64,000 nucleotides of DNA from Hadesarchaea archaeon (lineage in GTDB: Archaea; Hadarchaeota; Hadarchaeia; Hadarchaeales; Hadarchaeaceae): assembly GCA_030601675.1 (NCBI GenBank), contig JAUWBN010000001.1, positions 11,027 to 75,026 on the forward strand, read 5' to 3'. Position 1 is the stretch's first letter, and each line of letters starts with the position of its first letter. The notes under the pieces were generated by a model. It ran no database searches. It saw nothing but the letters and a program-made list of their open reading frames with translations, and was not told the origin of the DNA. Of the stretch, positions 17,999 to 27,314 are shown in pieces. A program made the position numbers and the translations under genes.

Positions 17999-19828
17999 TC
18001 AAGATTTTGCCTTTAGGCGCTTCAAACTCTTGGAGATCTCCTCGGTGCTCCGGCGCATCGACCGCACCACGAAGATCAGCACGAACGCACCGATCACCAT
18101 AGCCAAGATGCCGACGACCAACATGACGTTGAACGCCGCCTCGCGCTCTGGTGATACGCTTTGACCGACCACCGTGAAGTACGAGAACTCCGTCGTCGTG
18201 GCTGAGTAGTAGAGATAAAGGTTATCCTCATCGGTGAAGTTCGTCAGCAGCTCGATCCATCGACCCTCCCCCTCACCGAATCGAAGCAACCTCACCGTGT
18301 CCTCGTCGATGTCGTTCATACTTATCCAAAGCTTCGACACCCTGAACTCTACAGTGGCGCTCTCAACCTGTTCCGATGCGGTTGTCCTCATCTCTAGATA
18401 ATGAGACACGATGCCCCTCTCGGCTGGCGGCACGACCACCCCTGCTGGTCTCTCGGAGAGCCGCTGCGCTTGGACCTCTATGTTCTCTATCGCTACCGCT
18501 AGGGTTACCCTGACCTTGCTCACGGGTTGATCTTTTTCAAAATTCACGTTGATGACTCGCTCGCTCTCTATCTCTACGCTCTCGACGTAGTTGTTCTCTA
18601 CCTCAATCGTTTGACCGACCGAGTTCTGAATGTTCTCGATCGCGACGGTAGCCGGACCTACCCAGTAACTTATTCGTGTGCCCGCTTCCCCGGTGACGAG
18701 CGCTAGGAGGGCGTTAACGACCGAGGAGCCCGTCCAAGTGTAGGTGGTGTCCGTCTGAGTGTGGCCGGACGGTGGGTTCTCCACTTCAGCACCCGAGGGC
18801 ACCCTCAGCGCGAACGTCACGTCTTCATTTTCTGCCACGACGCTGGGAATTTCAAGAGAGGTAGGCCAGTACTCCTGCAGCACGCCGAAGTCCACCACGA
18901 TCGTGTTGTTGGTTTGGGTCACCACACCCATCTCATCGGGCCGGAGCTCAAATTCAAAGTCAAGCCCGATTGTCGAGGTAACTCCGGCGGACTCCATTTG
19001 CAGCTCTAGCATCGCCGTCGTAGAGACAAGCCTGAATAGGATGTCCAACGTTAGCCCCTCGAGATCCTCTATACTCGTAATCGTTGTGGGGATGCTCCCA
19101 GTCCCCGTTGTTGTGATGCTCATCGGCAGCTCCCTCCGCAGCTCTGCCCCAAACGTCGAGCTCTCGGCGGTCATGGTCGCGCCGAAGGTCAATTTTGATG
19201 CCGCACCGTCCCAATCGAGCTCGGTAATGCTGAGGTCGGTTATTTCCAGATCATATTGAGCATACTCATATGTGAGCAATGGCTGAATCTTGTCTAGCAG
19301 CAACTGGTTGAACATCCCCGGCGCAAGCTTGTAAGCCGCTACCACCGTCGAGACCGTCTGCTTCTGCTCCTCGGTTAGGGGCAGGGCCAACCAACCGTTT
19401 GTGGCAAGGGTGAGCGTTCCCTCGCTCGGGGATGTCAGCTCGATGTTTATTTCCCAGCCCACGGATTTCGCGGGGGCTGTTAAGATTGAGTCAGATCCCG
19501 GAAGAACCGAACTTGCCGCAAAACTTGTTTCCTGCAGGGAAAGGACTGGGAGAGAAACTTCCAGAAGTACTGGCCCCGTCAAATAGGAGTAAAGCGAGTA
19601 AAGCGGGTTGGGTCCAGAGTAATCTATTCTTATATGGAGGCGCCCCGTGCTCTTGAACTCGAGGAGCAGGTCCAGCGAGACATTTTCTGGAACGCTTATC
19701 TCTGATACATCGGCTTCGGCTTGCCCCGCTACTGGAACACCCACGGCCAGAAAGTTAGCCAATAGGATGAGCGTCATCAAGAGCGCTATCGGACCCTTCA
19801 TTTTACCACGATTACTTTGAGTCCACAT
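17999..19828 (-). CDS. Large secreted, C-terminally membrane-anchored surface protein (no recognised catalytic domain)
   Basis: N-terminal signal peptide (MWTQSNRGKMKGPIALLMTLILLANFLAVGVPVAGQA). Thr/Ser-rich beta-rich body. C-terminal TM helix plus KR-rich tail. Confidence 0.6.
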   Translation of the reverse strand: MWTQSNRGKMKGPIALLMTLILLANFLAVGVPVAGQAEADVSEISVPENVSLDLLLEFKSTGRLHIRIDYSGPNPLYSLYSYLTGPVLLEVSLPVLSLQETSFAASSVLPGSDSILTAPAKSVGWEINIELTSPSEGTLTLATNGWLALPLTEEQKQTVSTVVAAYKLAPGMFNQLLLDKIQPLLTYEYAQYDLEITDLSITELDWDGAASKLTFGATMTAESSTFGAELRRELPMSITTTGTGSIPTTITSIEDLEGLTLDILFRLVSTTAMLELQMESAGVTSTIGLDFEFELRPDEMGVVTQTNNTIVVDFGVLQEYWPTSLEIPSVVAENEDVTFALRVPSGAEVENPPSGHTQTDTTYTWTGSSVVNALLALVTGEAGTRISYWVGPATVAIENIQNSVGQTIEVENNYVESVEIESERVINVNFEKDQPVSKVRVTLAVAIENIEVQAQRLSERPAGVVVPPAERGIVSHYLEMRTTASEQVESATVEFRVSKLWISMNDIDEDTVRLLRFGEGEGRWIELLTNFTDEDNLYLYYSATTTEFSYFTVVGQSVSPEREAAFNVMLVVGILAMVIGAFVLIFVVRSMRRSTEEISKSLKRLKAKS

Positions 19829-20036
19829 TTTACTTAAACCTAAGCATTTTTTCTGCCGATTCTTACGTTCCTCAATGGGGAATCTCGCCCGCCCCCACGG
19901 TTTAACGCTTTTTGGGTCGAGAACCACGTGCGATCACCCTGACGAATTCTAAGCTCAATTTAGTTTGTGGCAATACATGCAGCCCAAATGGTACAAATTC
20001 TGAAAGCGTGCAAAACCTGTGCTAAATCGCCCGCTT

Positions 20037-20044
20037 TCTTTATA
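20037..20044 (+). promoter_or_regulatory. TATA-box-like element upstream of the 20082 gene
   Basis: TTTATATG lies about 40 nt upstream of the GTG start, and GAGGTGA (SD) lies 7 nt upstream. Confidence 0.35.
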
Positions 20045-20081
20045 TGCTAAAGTCAGCTTAGGGAATCCGAGGTGAGCCTAG

Positions 20082-20387
20082 GTGGCCCTGGAAGATCTCG
20101 CAAAACTCATCGCCCCCCGCGCGCAGCCGCAGGTGATATCCATCCTGCGCGCGTTTTACCCGGACAACAAGCCGCGGACGAAGGCCGAGCTGCTGAGCGA
20201 GACCAAGCTGCACGTGAAGATGTTCGAGTACCTCCTCACGCGCATGCGCCACTACAGGCTTATCTGGGGGGAGAAGATCGGGGGCGAGTACCGCTATTAC
20301 CTCGACCCGAACGCCTTCCACACCCGCCTCGATACGCTTCTCGTCGACCCGGTCAAGCACTTGGTGAAGGGGCGCAGCTCGATTTAA
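20082..20387 (+). CDS. Small winged-helix-like DNA-binding protein (hypothetical)
   Basis: 101 aa. Helix-rich wHTH-like core (ISILRAFYPDNKPRTKAELLSETKL). GTG start with SD. Confidence 0.45.
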   Translation: MALEDLAKLIAPRAQPQVISILRAFYPDNKPRTKAELLSETKLHVKMFEYLLTRMRHYRLIWGEKIGGEYRYYLDPNAFHTRLDTLLVDPVKHLVKGRSSI

Positions 20388-20416
20388 TAGGCGAGAGATG
20401 GCGAACGTTCGCCACG

Positions 20417-20920
20417 TCACGCGGGCGGGTAACCCATTACCTCCGCGACGACCCCGTCGATCTTTTTCGCGAGCCTTTTTGCATGGAGCACGACGTTCGG
20501 AGGCTTCTCGGCCAGGGCCTCCAGGTCTTTCTTGTAGCGCGCCAACTCCTTGGAAACCCTTTGCTTGGCCACTTCTTCCCGGAGGCGCCCCCTGACCTCC
20601 CGCTCGTAGAGTTGGTCGACCTTCCCTTCGGCTTCGGCCAGGCCCACGAGATCGATGAAGTTCTGTATGGCCTGGGCAACCTCCGCACCGAGCTCCGTCA
20701 AGTTCACCAGCTTGATCCTGCCCGTTTCCTTGAAGCTGACCAATTTGAGCCTCTCCAGTTGGGCCAGCACATTTAGAGTATGCGCGTAGGTGCCGTTAAT
20801 CTCCCTTGAAATTATCGCCGTGTAAAGGGGTTTATTCTCCTTCTTTAGTAAAATGAGGATTTTTGCTGGCTTCTCTTGTAAAAATAAGCCTTCTACGCCT
20901 CTCTCCAATTCCTTGCCCAA
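20417..20920 (-). CDS. TrmB-like winged-HTH transcriptional regulator with C-terminal coiled coil
   Basis: PLYTAIISREINGTYAHTLNVLAQLERLKLV wHTH followed by a long charged helix (EAEGKVDQLYEREVRGRLREEVAKQ). Confidence 0.55.
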   Translation of the reverse strand: MGKELERGVEGLFLQEKPAKILILLKKENKPLYTAIISREINGTYAHTLNVLAQLERLKLVSFKETGRIKLVNLTELGAEVAQAIQNFIDLVGLAEAEGKVDQLYEREVRGRLREEVAKQRVSKELARYKKDLEALAEKPPNVVLHAKRLAKKIDGVVAEVMGYPPA

Positions 20921-20941
20921 AGGATTCCCCTTCCTAAAATG

Positions 20942-20995
20942 TATACTCCCTTATATCTATTTAAGTTTATCTATACTTTAAAATATACTTTTAAG
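20942..20995 (+). promoter_or_regulatory. AT-rich divergent promoter region with a TATACT-containing direct repeat (TATACTTTAAAA/TATACTTTTAAG)
   Basis: Tandem 12-nt repeat at 20972 and 20984 plus a third TATACT at 20942, between the divergent regulator and aminotransferase genes. Confidence 0.4.
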
Positions 20996-21090
20996 ATAAC
21001 ATTAGATGGGGATTTTGCGACAAAAAAATATATCAACCCGAAAACCGATTGCAAAGCACGACGATGATCTGAGGTGATGGAGTGGGTGAA

Positions 21091-22416
21091 ATGAAAAAAC
21101 CGAAGATAGTGACGACGCCGCCGGGCCCGAAGGCGAGAGCGTTGATCAAGCGGGACCGCGCGGTGATCTCGCCCTCCCTGACGCGCGCCGCCCCGCTCGT
21201 GGGCGTCGAGGCGGATGGGGTGTGGGTGAAGGATATCGACGGAAACGTCTTCTTGGACTTCAGCTCGGGCATAGCTGTGACAAACGTTGGACACCGCCAC
21301 CCCAAAGTGGTGGGGGCGATCAAGCGACAGACGGACAAACTCATTTTCGTCAACAGCTGCGATTTCTACACGCTCCCCCAGGTGGAGCTCGGGGAGCGCT
21401 TGTTCGAGGTAACGCCTGGTAATTTCGAGAAGCGGGTGTTCTTCTCGAACTCGGGAACGGAAGCCGTTGAGGCCGCCCTTAAGGTCGCTCAGTGGCACAC
21501 CCGCAATTTCTACGTGCTCGCATTCATCGGGGGATTTCACGGGCGAACGATGGGTTCCCTCCAGCTCACGACCACGAACGTTGCCGTGCGCCGCCACTTC
21601 AAGGGCATGATGCAGGGGGTTTTCCACGTGCCCTACGCTTACTGCTATCGCTGTCCCTTCAAGCAGACCTATCCCGATTGCGGGCTGTGGTGTGTCGACT
21701 ACATCGAGGAAATAATGTTCGAGAAGGTGGTTCCGCCCGATGACGTGGCTTGCGCGATCGCCGAGCCGATTCAGGGTGCAGGCGGCTACATAGTTCCGCC
21801 CGACGGATACCTGCAGGCCCTCGCGAAACTCTGCAGGGAGAAGAACATAATTTTCGTAGCGGATGAGATCCAGTCGGGGCTCTGCCGCACGGGCAAGTGG
21901 TTCGCGTGCGAGCACTGGGGGGTCGAACCTGATATCATAACAGTTGGGAAGGGGATAGCCGGCGGCCTGCCGTTCGGCGCGACCATCTCGCGGGCAGAGC
22001 TCATGGACTGGGGGCCCGGGGCCCATGAGAACACGATGGGCGGTAGCCCGGTCGGGTGTTCGGCTGCACTCGCCGTGCTGGATATTCTAAAGACCGAACG
22101 GCTTGCCAAAAATGCCGCCGAGGTTGGTGGGTACATGCTCAAGAGGCTCAAGGAGCTCGCCGAGAAACACGAGCTGATCGGCGATGTCCGGGGCAAGGGC
22201 ATGATGATCGGCGTCGAGTTCGTCAAGGACAGGGGGACGAAGGAGCCAGCCAAGGCCGAAAGGGATAAGCTCATGACAAAAGCCTTCGAACGCGGGCTCG
22301 TGCTCCTCGGCGCTGGGGTGTCCTCGCTACGGCTCGCCCCGCCGCTCATCCTAACGCGTGAACAAGCCGATGTCGGGCTGGAGATATTCGAGCGAGCTTT
22401 GAGGGAGATCAAGTAA
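21091..22416 (+). CDS. Class-III pyridoxal-phosphate aminotransferase (GabT/ArgD family)
   Basis: GFHGRT, DEIQSG and TVGK (PLP Lys) motifs. Confidence 0.8.
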   Translation: MKKPKIVTTPPGPKARALIKRDRAVISPSLTRAAPLVGVEADGVWVKDIDGNVFLDFSSGIAVTNVGHRHPKVVGAIKRQTDKLIFVNSCDFYTLPQVELGERLFEVTPGNFEKRVFFSNSGTEAVEAALKVAQWHTRNFYVLAFIGGFHGRTMGSLQLTTTNVAVRRHFKGMMQGVFHVPYAYCYRCPFKQTYPDCGLWCVDYIEEIMFEKVVPPDDVACAIAEPIQGAGGYIVPPDGYLQALAKLCREKNIIFVADEIQSGLCRTGKWFACEHWGVEPDIITVGKGIAGGLPFGATISRAELMDWGPGAHENTMGGSPVGCSAALAVLDILKTERLAKNAAEVGGYMLKRLKELAEKHELIGDVRGKGMMIGVEFVKDRGTKEPAKAERDKLMTKAFERGLVLLGAGVSSLRLAPPLILTREQADVGLEIFERALREIK

Positions 22417-22424
22417 ACAGCTAG

Positions 22425-23393
22425 TTGGTGAGGCCCACGCCCGGAGATTACATAACGCCCGCCTTCTACGCCATAGGGCTCATCGTCCTCGGGGTTGCCA
22501 TAAGGGTTATCACGGGTCGCGTCAAAATTTTGGGAAGGTTCGCCAAGCCGGGCTTCCGCCTCCTCAACGTGGCCATCCTCTGGGTGATGCTCCCCACCGT
22601 GATCTTCGTCTCGATAGCCCGCTACAGCATGCACGATATCTTGGGATTCGGCAACGCGGCAGTTTTTGCTTTCGTGGGGCTGGGCGTTTGTTTCGTGCTG
22701 GCGGTGGGGCTCTCGACCCTCATGCACCACGACCGAAAGACAACCATCGCGGTCACATTGAACTCAGCATTCATGAACGTCACCTACCTCGGGCTGCCCC
22801 TTGTATACGCCATGGTCGGGATTGAGGGCTTGGGCCCCGCGAGCCTTTACGCGGTGGCGATAGGGATCCCGCACTTGATCCTTGGGGTGGCGCTCGCGAT
22901 ATCCGCCAGCAAGCGACGCGTAAGCCCGCGCTTCGTGCTGGAAAACGTGCTTGTCTTCCCAGCGACCATAGCGTTAATAACAGCAATGCTCTTCGTCGGT
23001 TTCAACGCCCACCTGCCTGACGTGGTGAGCGAGACATTCGACGTTTATCTCGCCAAGCCTTTCTTCGCCCTGATGCTTCTGTTCGTCGGCTACCAAATGC
23101 CCCTAGTCAACCCCCGCAAGTACGTATCGAAGCTGGCGACCGTGGGCGCGATAAGGTTCTTGGTCTGTCCGCTCGTGGTCTTCGCATTGATCGGGATGGC
23201 CGGGTTGAGCATAGCCACCGATATCTCGCCCAAGCCCGCGCTCATTCAGGCGATGATGCCGCCCGCCGTCTTCAACGTCTTCCTCGCCTACAATTTCAAG
23301 CTGGACCTCAAGCTCTACGGGGCGATGGTGTTCTACCTGACCCTTGTCTCTCTCTTCGTGGCGCTGCCCCTCATGATCTATCTCGTTTTCTGA
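22425..23393 (+). CDS. AEC (auxin efflux carrier) family transporter
   Basis: About 10 TM helices with AEC-family pattern. GTG start. Confidence 0.75.
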   Translation: MVRPTPGDYITPAFYAIGLIVLGVAIRVITGRVKILGRFAKPGFRLLNVAILWVMLPTVIFVSIARYSMHDILGFGNAAVFAFVGLGVCFVLAVGLSTLMHHDRKTTIAVTLNSAFMNVTYLGLPLVYAMVGIEGLGPASLYAVAIGIPHLILGVALAISASKRRVSPRFVLENVLVFPATIALITAMLFVGFNAHLPDVVSETFDVYLAKPFFALMLLFVGYQMPLVNPRKYVSKLATVGAIRFLVCPLVVFALIGMAGLSIATDISPKPALIQAMMPPAVFNVFLAYNFKLDLKLYGAMVFYLTLVSLFVALPLMIYLVF

Positions 23394-23399
23394 TGAGTT

Positions 23400-25110
23400 C
23401 CTCACCCAGCCGATTTTAAGGGTGTTGCAACTGGCACCGATTTCCGTATTATTTATGGAATACTTTCGGTGCCCTCTGTGGGAAAATCGCTTAAAAGCGC
23501 ATGCCGGATTGCAGGTCGGGTTGAAAATGACTGAATGCATTAGCTCCGTGCGCTGGACTGAACAATTAGGAAGCCGCATTTTCCCGGATGGCGAGTTGTT
23601 ATGATGATCAATGCTATCGGCCTCTTAGAAGAAGAGTACCCTAAATTAAGAGTAAAAGTTACAAAAGAACTGAGAAAAAGACTATTTCTTCATTTAGATA
23701 ACTCAACAGGATATCTAGCACAATCACTTAAAATTAGCGAAGTTTCTTTAAGAAGAAAATTTTTCGATAGAAAAGGATATTCTTTTAAACTCTGCGAGCT
23801 TTTGTTCCTCGCCAAGAAAGCCAAAATCGGTGGGGATGAAGTATTCTCTAGCATTACAGATATAAAAATTGGTGATAATGCATTCTGGACGAATTTACCA
23901 ACGAAAATTTCAGTTGATGAAGAATTTACAGAAGGAATTGGATACTATGTTGGTGATGGTCGTTTAAAACCAAATAAAGGTTTATCGACGACGAACACCG
24001 ATGTAAAAGCCATAAAAATTTTTCTTAATTGGTTAAAGAAATACTTCAGTGTTGATGATAAAGATGTCATAATAAATATCTATTTGCCGTGCTTGGATTT
24101 TAATGTAAATTCAGAAAAGAAAAAATGGTCAAAACTGCTTGAAGCAAACATCAATTCCGTTAAAAGCAAATATGAGTACAAAAATCATCATAAAATCCTG
24201 ATAGAAGTTTGCTATTTCAGAAAAATAGCTAAGCTTATCTTGGACAAATTGGGTCCGATTATCAAAGAAAAATGCCTCGCCAATAAATCTCTTGCAAAAG
24301 CGTACATTAGAGGGATAATGACCGCTGAAGGATCTGTTAAACACGATGAAAAAAGTCACCAAAAAGCTATTCACTTGAAAATGAAAAATAAATCAGAAGT
24401 TGAATATGTGTTCAAACTCCTTCAATTTGTAGGTTTGACCCCTAGTTTCTTATTTTCTAAACAAGATAATGAATGGTTAACAACTATCAGCGGCTGCGAT
24501 GAACTTGAGAAATTAGATGAAATGGATATTTTTAAATCCAATGGTGAAAGAAGAAGAAAATTCAAGGAAATCTTAAGCGATTATCAACACAGACAGGTGA
24601 AAAAAGGTCGAGTGAAAGAATTCTATCTCACTAAATTGTTGGAATTTGAAAGAAAGCATGGAGAATATTGTACTGCCAAGGAACTATCTAAATACCTTAA
24701 AAGAAGTAAATCTAGAGTATTGAATGTTCTAAGAGAGCTAAGGGAAAGTAAACTAGTGATTGGCGAAAGGATAATAAAAATTGGGAAGCCATTTAAATTT
24801 GCTTTGACTGAAAAAGGGGAAGAATTCATTTCGAAGTAGTTTCGATCGGTTTTCCAGCTTTATCAAATTCTATTTCATCGTTAAGCAATTTCTTAAGGAC
24901 ATCTGGTAATTTTTCAATGTCCACTCTAATTTGCTTCGTCGTGTCTCTATGACGGATGGTTACATCATTTTGTTTTAGAGTTTCGTAATCGATAGTAACA
25001 CAGTAGGGGACACCTATCTCATCAGCTCTGGCATATCTCCTTCCTATTGATCCAGCATCGTTGTACTCAGCCATGAATCCCTTTAGCTTTAGATTCCCGT
25101 ACACCTCCCG
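23400..25110. mobile_element. Putative horizontally acquired AT-rich island carrying a LAGLIDADG-endonuclease-like gene and extending into the glyS 3' end
   Basis: Sharp GC drop relative to flanks. The boundaries do not coincide with gene boundaries on the glyS side. Confidence 0.35.
23604..24839 (+). CDS. I-DmoI-like double-motif LAGLIDADG homing-endonuclease homolog with N-terminal HTH-like and C-terminal winged-HTH extensions
   Basis: Motif 1 GIGYYVGDGRL and motif 2 AYIRGIMTAEGSV match the I-DmoI motifs (LLGLIIGDGG / FIKGLYVAEGD). The whole 412-aa ORF is AT-rich. Confidence 0.5.
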   Translation: MINAIGLLEEEYPKLRVKVTKELRKRLFLHLDNSTGYLAQSLKISEVSLRRKFFDRKGYSFKLCELLFLAKKAKIGGDEVFSSITDIKIGDNAFWTNLPTKISVDEEFTEGIGYYVGDGRLKPNKGLSTTNTDVKAIKIFLNWLKKYFSVDDKDVIINIYLPCLDFNVNSEKKKWSKLLEANINSVKSKYEYKNHHKILIEVCYFRKIAKLILDKLGPIIKEKCLANKSLAKAYIRGIMTAEGSVKHDEKSHQKAIHLKMKNKSEVEYVFKLLQFVGLTPSFLFSKQDNEWLTTISGCDELEKLDEMDIFKSNGERRRKFKEILSDYQHRQVKKGRVKEFYLTKLLEFERKHGEYCTAKELSKYLKRSKSRVLNVLRELRESKLVIGERIIKIGKPFKFALTEKGEEFISK

Positions 25111-26355
25111 GGCCTTCTCAGGCATGCCCGCGCGGTTGAGCAAGGGGAAAACGCCGACCTCGATTGGGGCCAAGTCCTTCTTCAGCCGGAAGTACTTGCG
25201 CTTCTTCTCCTGCACGTATGCATGTTCAAGCGCACAATAAAGTGGACGATCGATGCCGTAGGAGGGCTCGACCACGTGGCAAAGCACCTTCCGCTTCTTG
25301 TCAGCTGAAAATATCGTCAAGTCCTCCCCGCTGAACTGGGCGTGGCGGGAGAGGTCGTAATCCGTGCGGTAGGCTATCCCCGCGATCTCGACCCAGCCGA
25401 ACCGCTCCGTCGAAACCTCGGCGTCCCAAGTTTCGCTGGAATAATGAGCTCTTTGCCCGGGGGTCTGCTCCCTGAAGCGAATCACCTCGTTCGGAATGCC
25501 CAAGTCCAGCAAGAAGCGCTTGGTGAGCGCGAGGTAGTAGGCCATGAACTCGTTACAGACCAGCTTCTCCTTGACCGCCTGCTCGACCGTCACCTCGGTC
25601 AACTGCTCCTTGCCCTTCTCTTGGTCTTTCGCCAACCAAAGCCTGAGTTGTTCACCCGCCAGCTCGGAAAACCTCGGGTGATGCGGGTCCCCGGGGTCGA
25701 AGAAGACCTCGGCCTCTGCCATCGTGAACTCGCGAAGCCTTATGATACCCTGACGCGGGGAGATTTCGTTACGATAGCCCTTGCCGATCTGCACCACCCC
25801 GAAAGGCAACTTACCCCGCGCGTGGCGCTGGAGCCGCTTGAAATCGATGAAAATTCCCTGTGCAGTCTCTGGCCTAAGGTAACCCACGCGCTGGCTCCCA
25901 GGCCCGATCGCCGTTCGAAACATCGCGTTGAAATCAAAAATTTTTCCCAGCTCGCCACCGCAGTCTGGGCAGCGCACTTTGTGTTTTTTAAAGAACCGAT
26001 CCATCTCCTCCTTCGGCATCCCCTCGATGTCCTTGCCCGCCTGTTCGCGCGCCAAGTCCGCGACCCTGAAAGCAGCCCCACACTTCTGACACTCGACCAT
26101 CGCGTCAACGAAGTGCTCGACATGCCCGCTCGCCTTCAGAACCTCCTCGGGCACAATGCTCGGCGAATCTATCTCGAAGAACCCTTCCCGAACCACGTAA
26201 AATTCGCGCCACTTCTGGATGATCTTATTTTTTAGCAGCGCCCCGAGCGGCCCGAAATCGTAGAAACCTGCCACGCCTCCGTAAATTTCGAACGATGGCC
26301 AGATGAACCCGCGCCGCTTAGCTAGCTCCATGACTTCCTCGTGCTTTTTGGACAC
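24826..26355 (-). CDS. glyS: Glycine--tRNA ligase (archaeal/eukaryotic-type, class II)
   Basis: GFIWPSFEIYGG and class II motifs. 509 aa. The last ~90 codons fall in AT-rich DNA. The 3' end overlaps the LAGLIDADG-like ORF convergently by 14 nt. Confidence 0.9.
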   Translation of the reverse strand: MSKKHEEVMELAKRRGFIWPSFEIYGGVAGFYDFGPLGALLKNKIIQKWREFYVVREGFFEIDSPSIVPEEVLKASGHVEHFVDAMVECQKCGAAFRVADLAREQAGKDIEGMPKEEMDRFFKKHKVRCPDCGGELGKIFDFNAMFRTAIGPGSQRVGYLRPETAQGIFIDFKRLQRHARGKLPFGVVQIGKGYRNEISPRQGIIRLREFTMAEAEVFFDPGDPHHPRFSELAGEQLRLWLAKDQEKGKEQLTEVTVEQAVKEKLVCNEFMAYYLALTKRFLLDLGIPNEVIRFREQTPGQRAHYSSETWDAEVSTERFGWVEIAGIAYRTDYDLSRHAQFSGEDLTIFSADKKRKVLCHVVEPSYGIDRPLYCALEHAYVQEKKRKYFRLKKDLAPIEVGVFPLLNRAGMPEKAREVYGNLKLKGFMAEYNDAGSIGRRYARADEIGVPYCVTIDYETLKQNDVTIRHRDTTKQIRVDIEKLPDVLKKLLNDEIEFDKAGKPIETTSK

Positions 26356-26409
26356 TACTTCACCGCAATTGGAAGCGCGCTCAAACCCTAAAAAATTAAG
26401 TATTTATCA

Positions 26410-27246
26410 CTACTCGACCAAAGCGCGAAGCAAATCGACATCCCGTACAATCCCAATGAGTTTGTCATCCGCAGATAGAACTGGGGTCTGCTCAATTCGG
26501 TGCTGCTTCATGAGCTGAGCTGCCTTACTAATGGGAGTCTTGCGTGTTATCGTCACGAGCTCCTTCGTCATTACGTCCCGCACGAGCTTATCTGGGACCT
26601 TCAGCTCCCGCTTGGTGATGTAGATCCGGTTTTCGCTGTCCCAGGTCCATTTATCGCCCTCGCTCCGCCCCGTCATCTGGCTCATCTTCGATTCGGTTTC
26701 GACCTCGCTTATCTTGATGATATCTGAGTCATCGATGATCCCGACCAAGTTGCCGCCCTCATCAATCGCGGGGAGGGCCCGAAAGCCTGCGAGGTCTATG
26801 ATCTCCACCGCGGCTTTGAGCGGGGTCCCATCCCACACGGCGATGATGTGGGGGCGCATGAAATCCGATGCTGGGCGCTCCACGTCCATCTCGGCGAGCG
26901 CGCGATAAACGATATCCTGAACGGTGACGATCCCAGCGAGTTTTCCGTTCTTCAGCACGGGCAGTCTTCGGACGTGAGCCGTGAGCATACGATTCGCTGC
27001 ATCCTCGAGCTTATCGCTCAGCGCAACCGTCGGAACATCTCGATCGACGAGCATCGCGAGCTGCTCCTCGTCGGATTTCTCGAACAACTTGCGAAGCGTC
27101 ACCATTCCCACGAGCTCATCGGTGCCCCGCTTCACCACAGGGACTGCGCTTGCACCTATTTTCCTCAAGAGATCGAGAGCCTCTGCTCGAGTACCGGGCA
27201 CCTCTACCCACTTGACCTCCTTGGTCATCACATCTTTGACTTGCAT
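26410..27246 (-). CDS. Four-CBS-domain protein
   Basis: Two CBS pairs. Confidence 0.75.
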   Translation of the reverse strand: MQVKDVMTKEVKWVEVPGTRAEALDLLRKIGASAVPVVKRGTDELVGMVTLRKLFEKSDEEQLAMLVDRDVPTVALSDKLEDAANRMLTAHVRRLPVLKNGKLAGIVTVQDIVYRALAEMDVERPASDFMRPHIIAVWDGTPLKAAVEIIDLAGFRALPAIDEGGNLVGIIDDSDIIKISEVETESKMSQMTGRSEGDKWTWDSENRIYITKRELKVPDKLVRDVMTKELVTITRKTPISKAAQLMKQHRIEQTPVLSADDKLIGIVRDVDLLRALVE

Positions 27247-27314
27247 TTCCCTAATCCACCATCCGCTACGCTAAGTTAACTCCTTAAAACACAATTTTTT
27301 CTCGGTGCCCCAGC

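Noticed and set aside
20058-20776. Overlapping long ORFs 20058-20420 (-) and 20072-20776 (+)
   Set aside because: These are alternative frames across two convergent small wHTH genes. The chosen frames give helix-rich DNA-binding-like proteins with SD-led starts, whereas the alternatives are Arg/Pro-rich.
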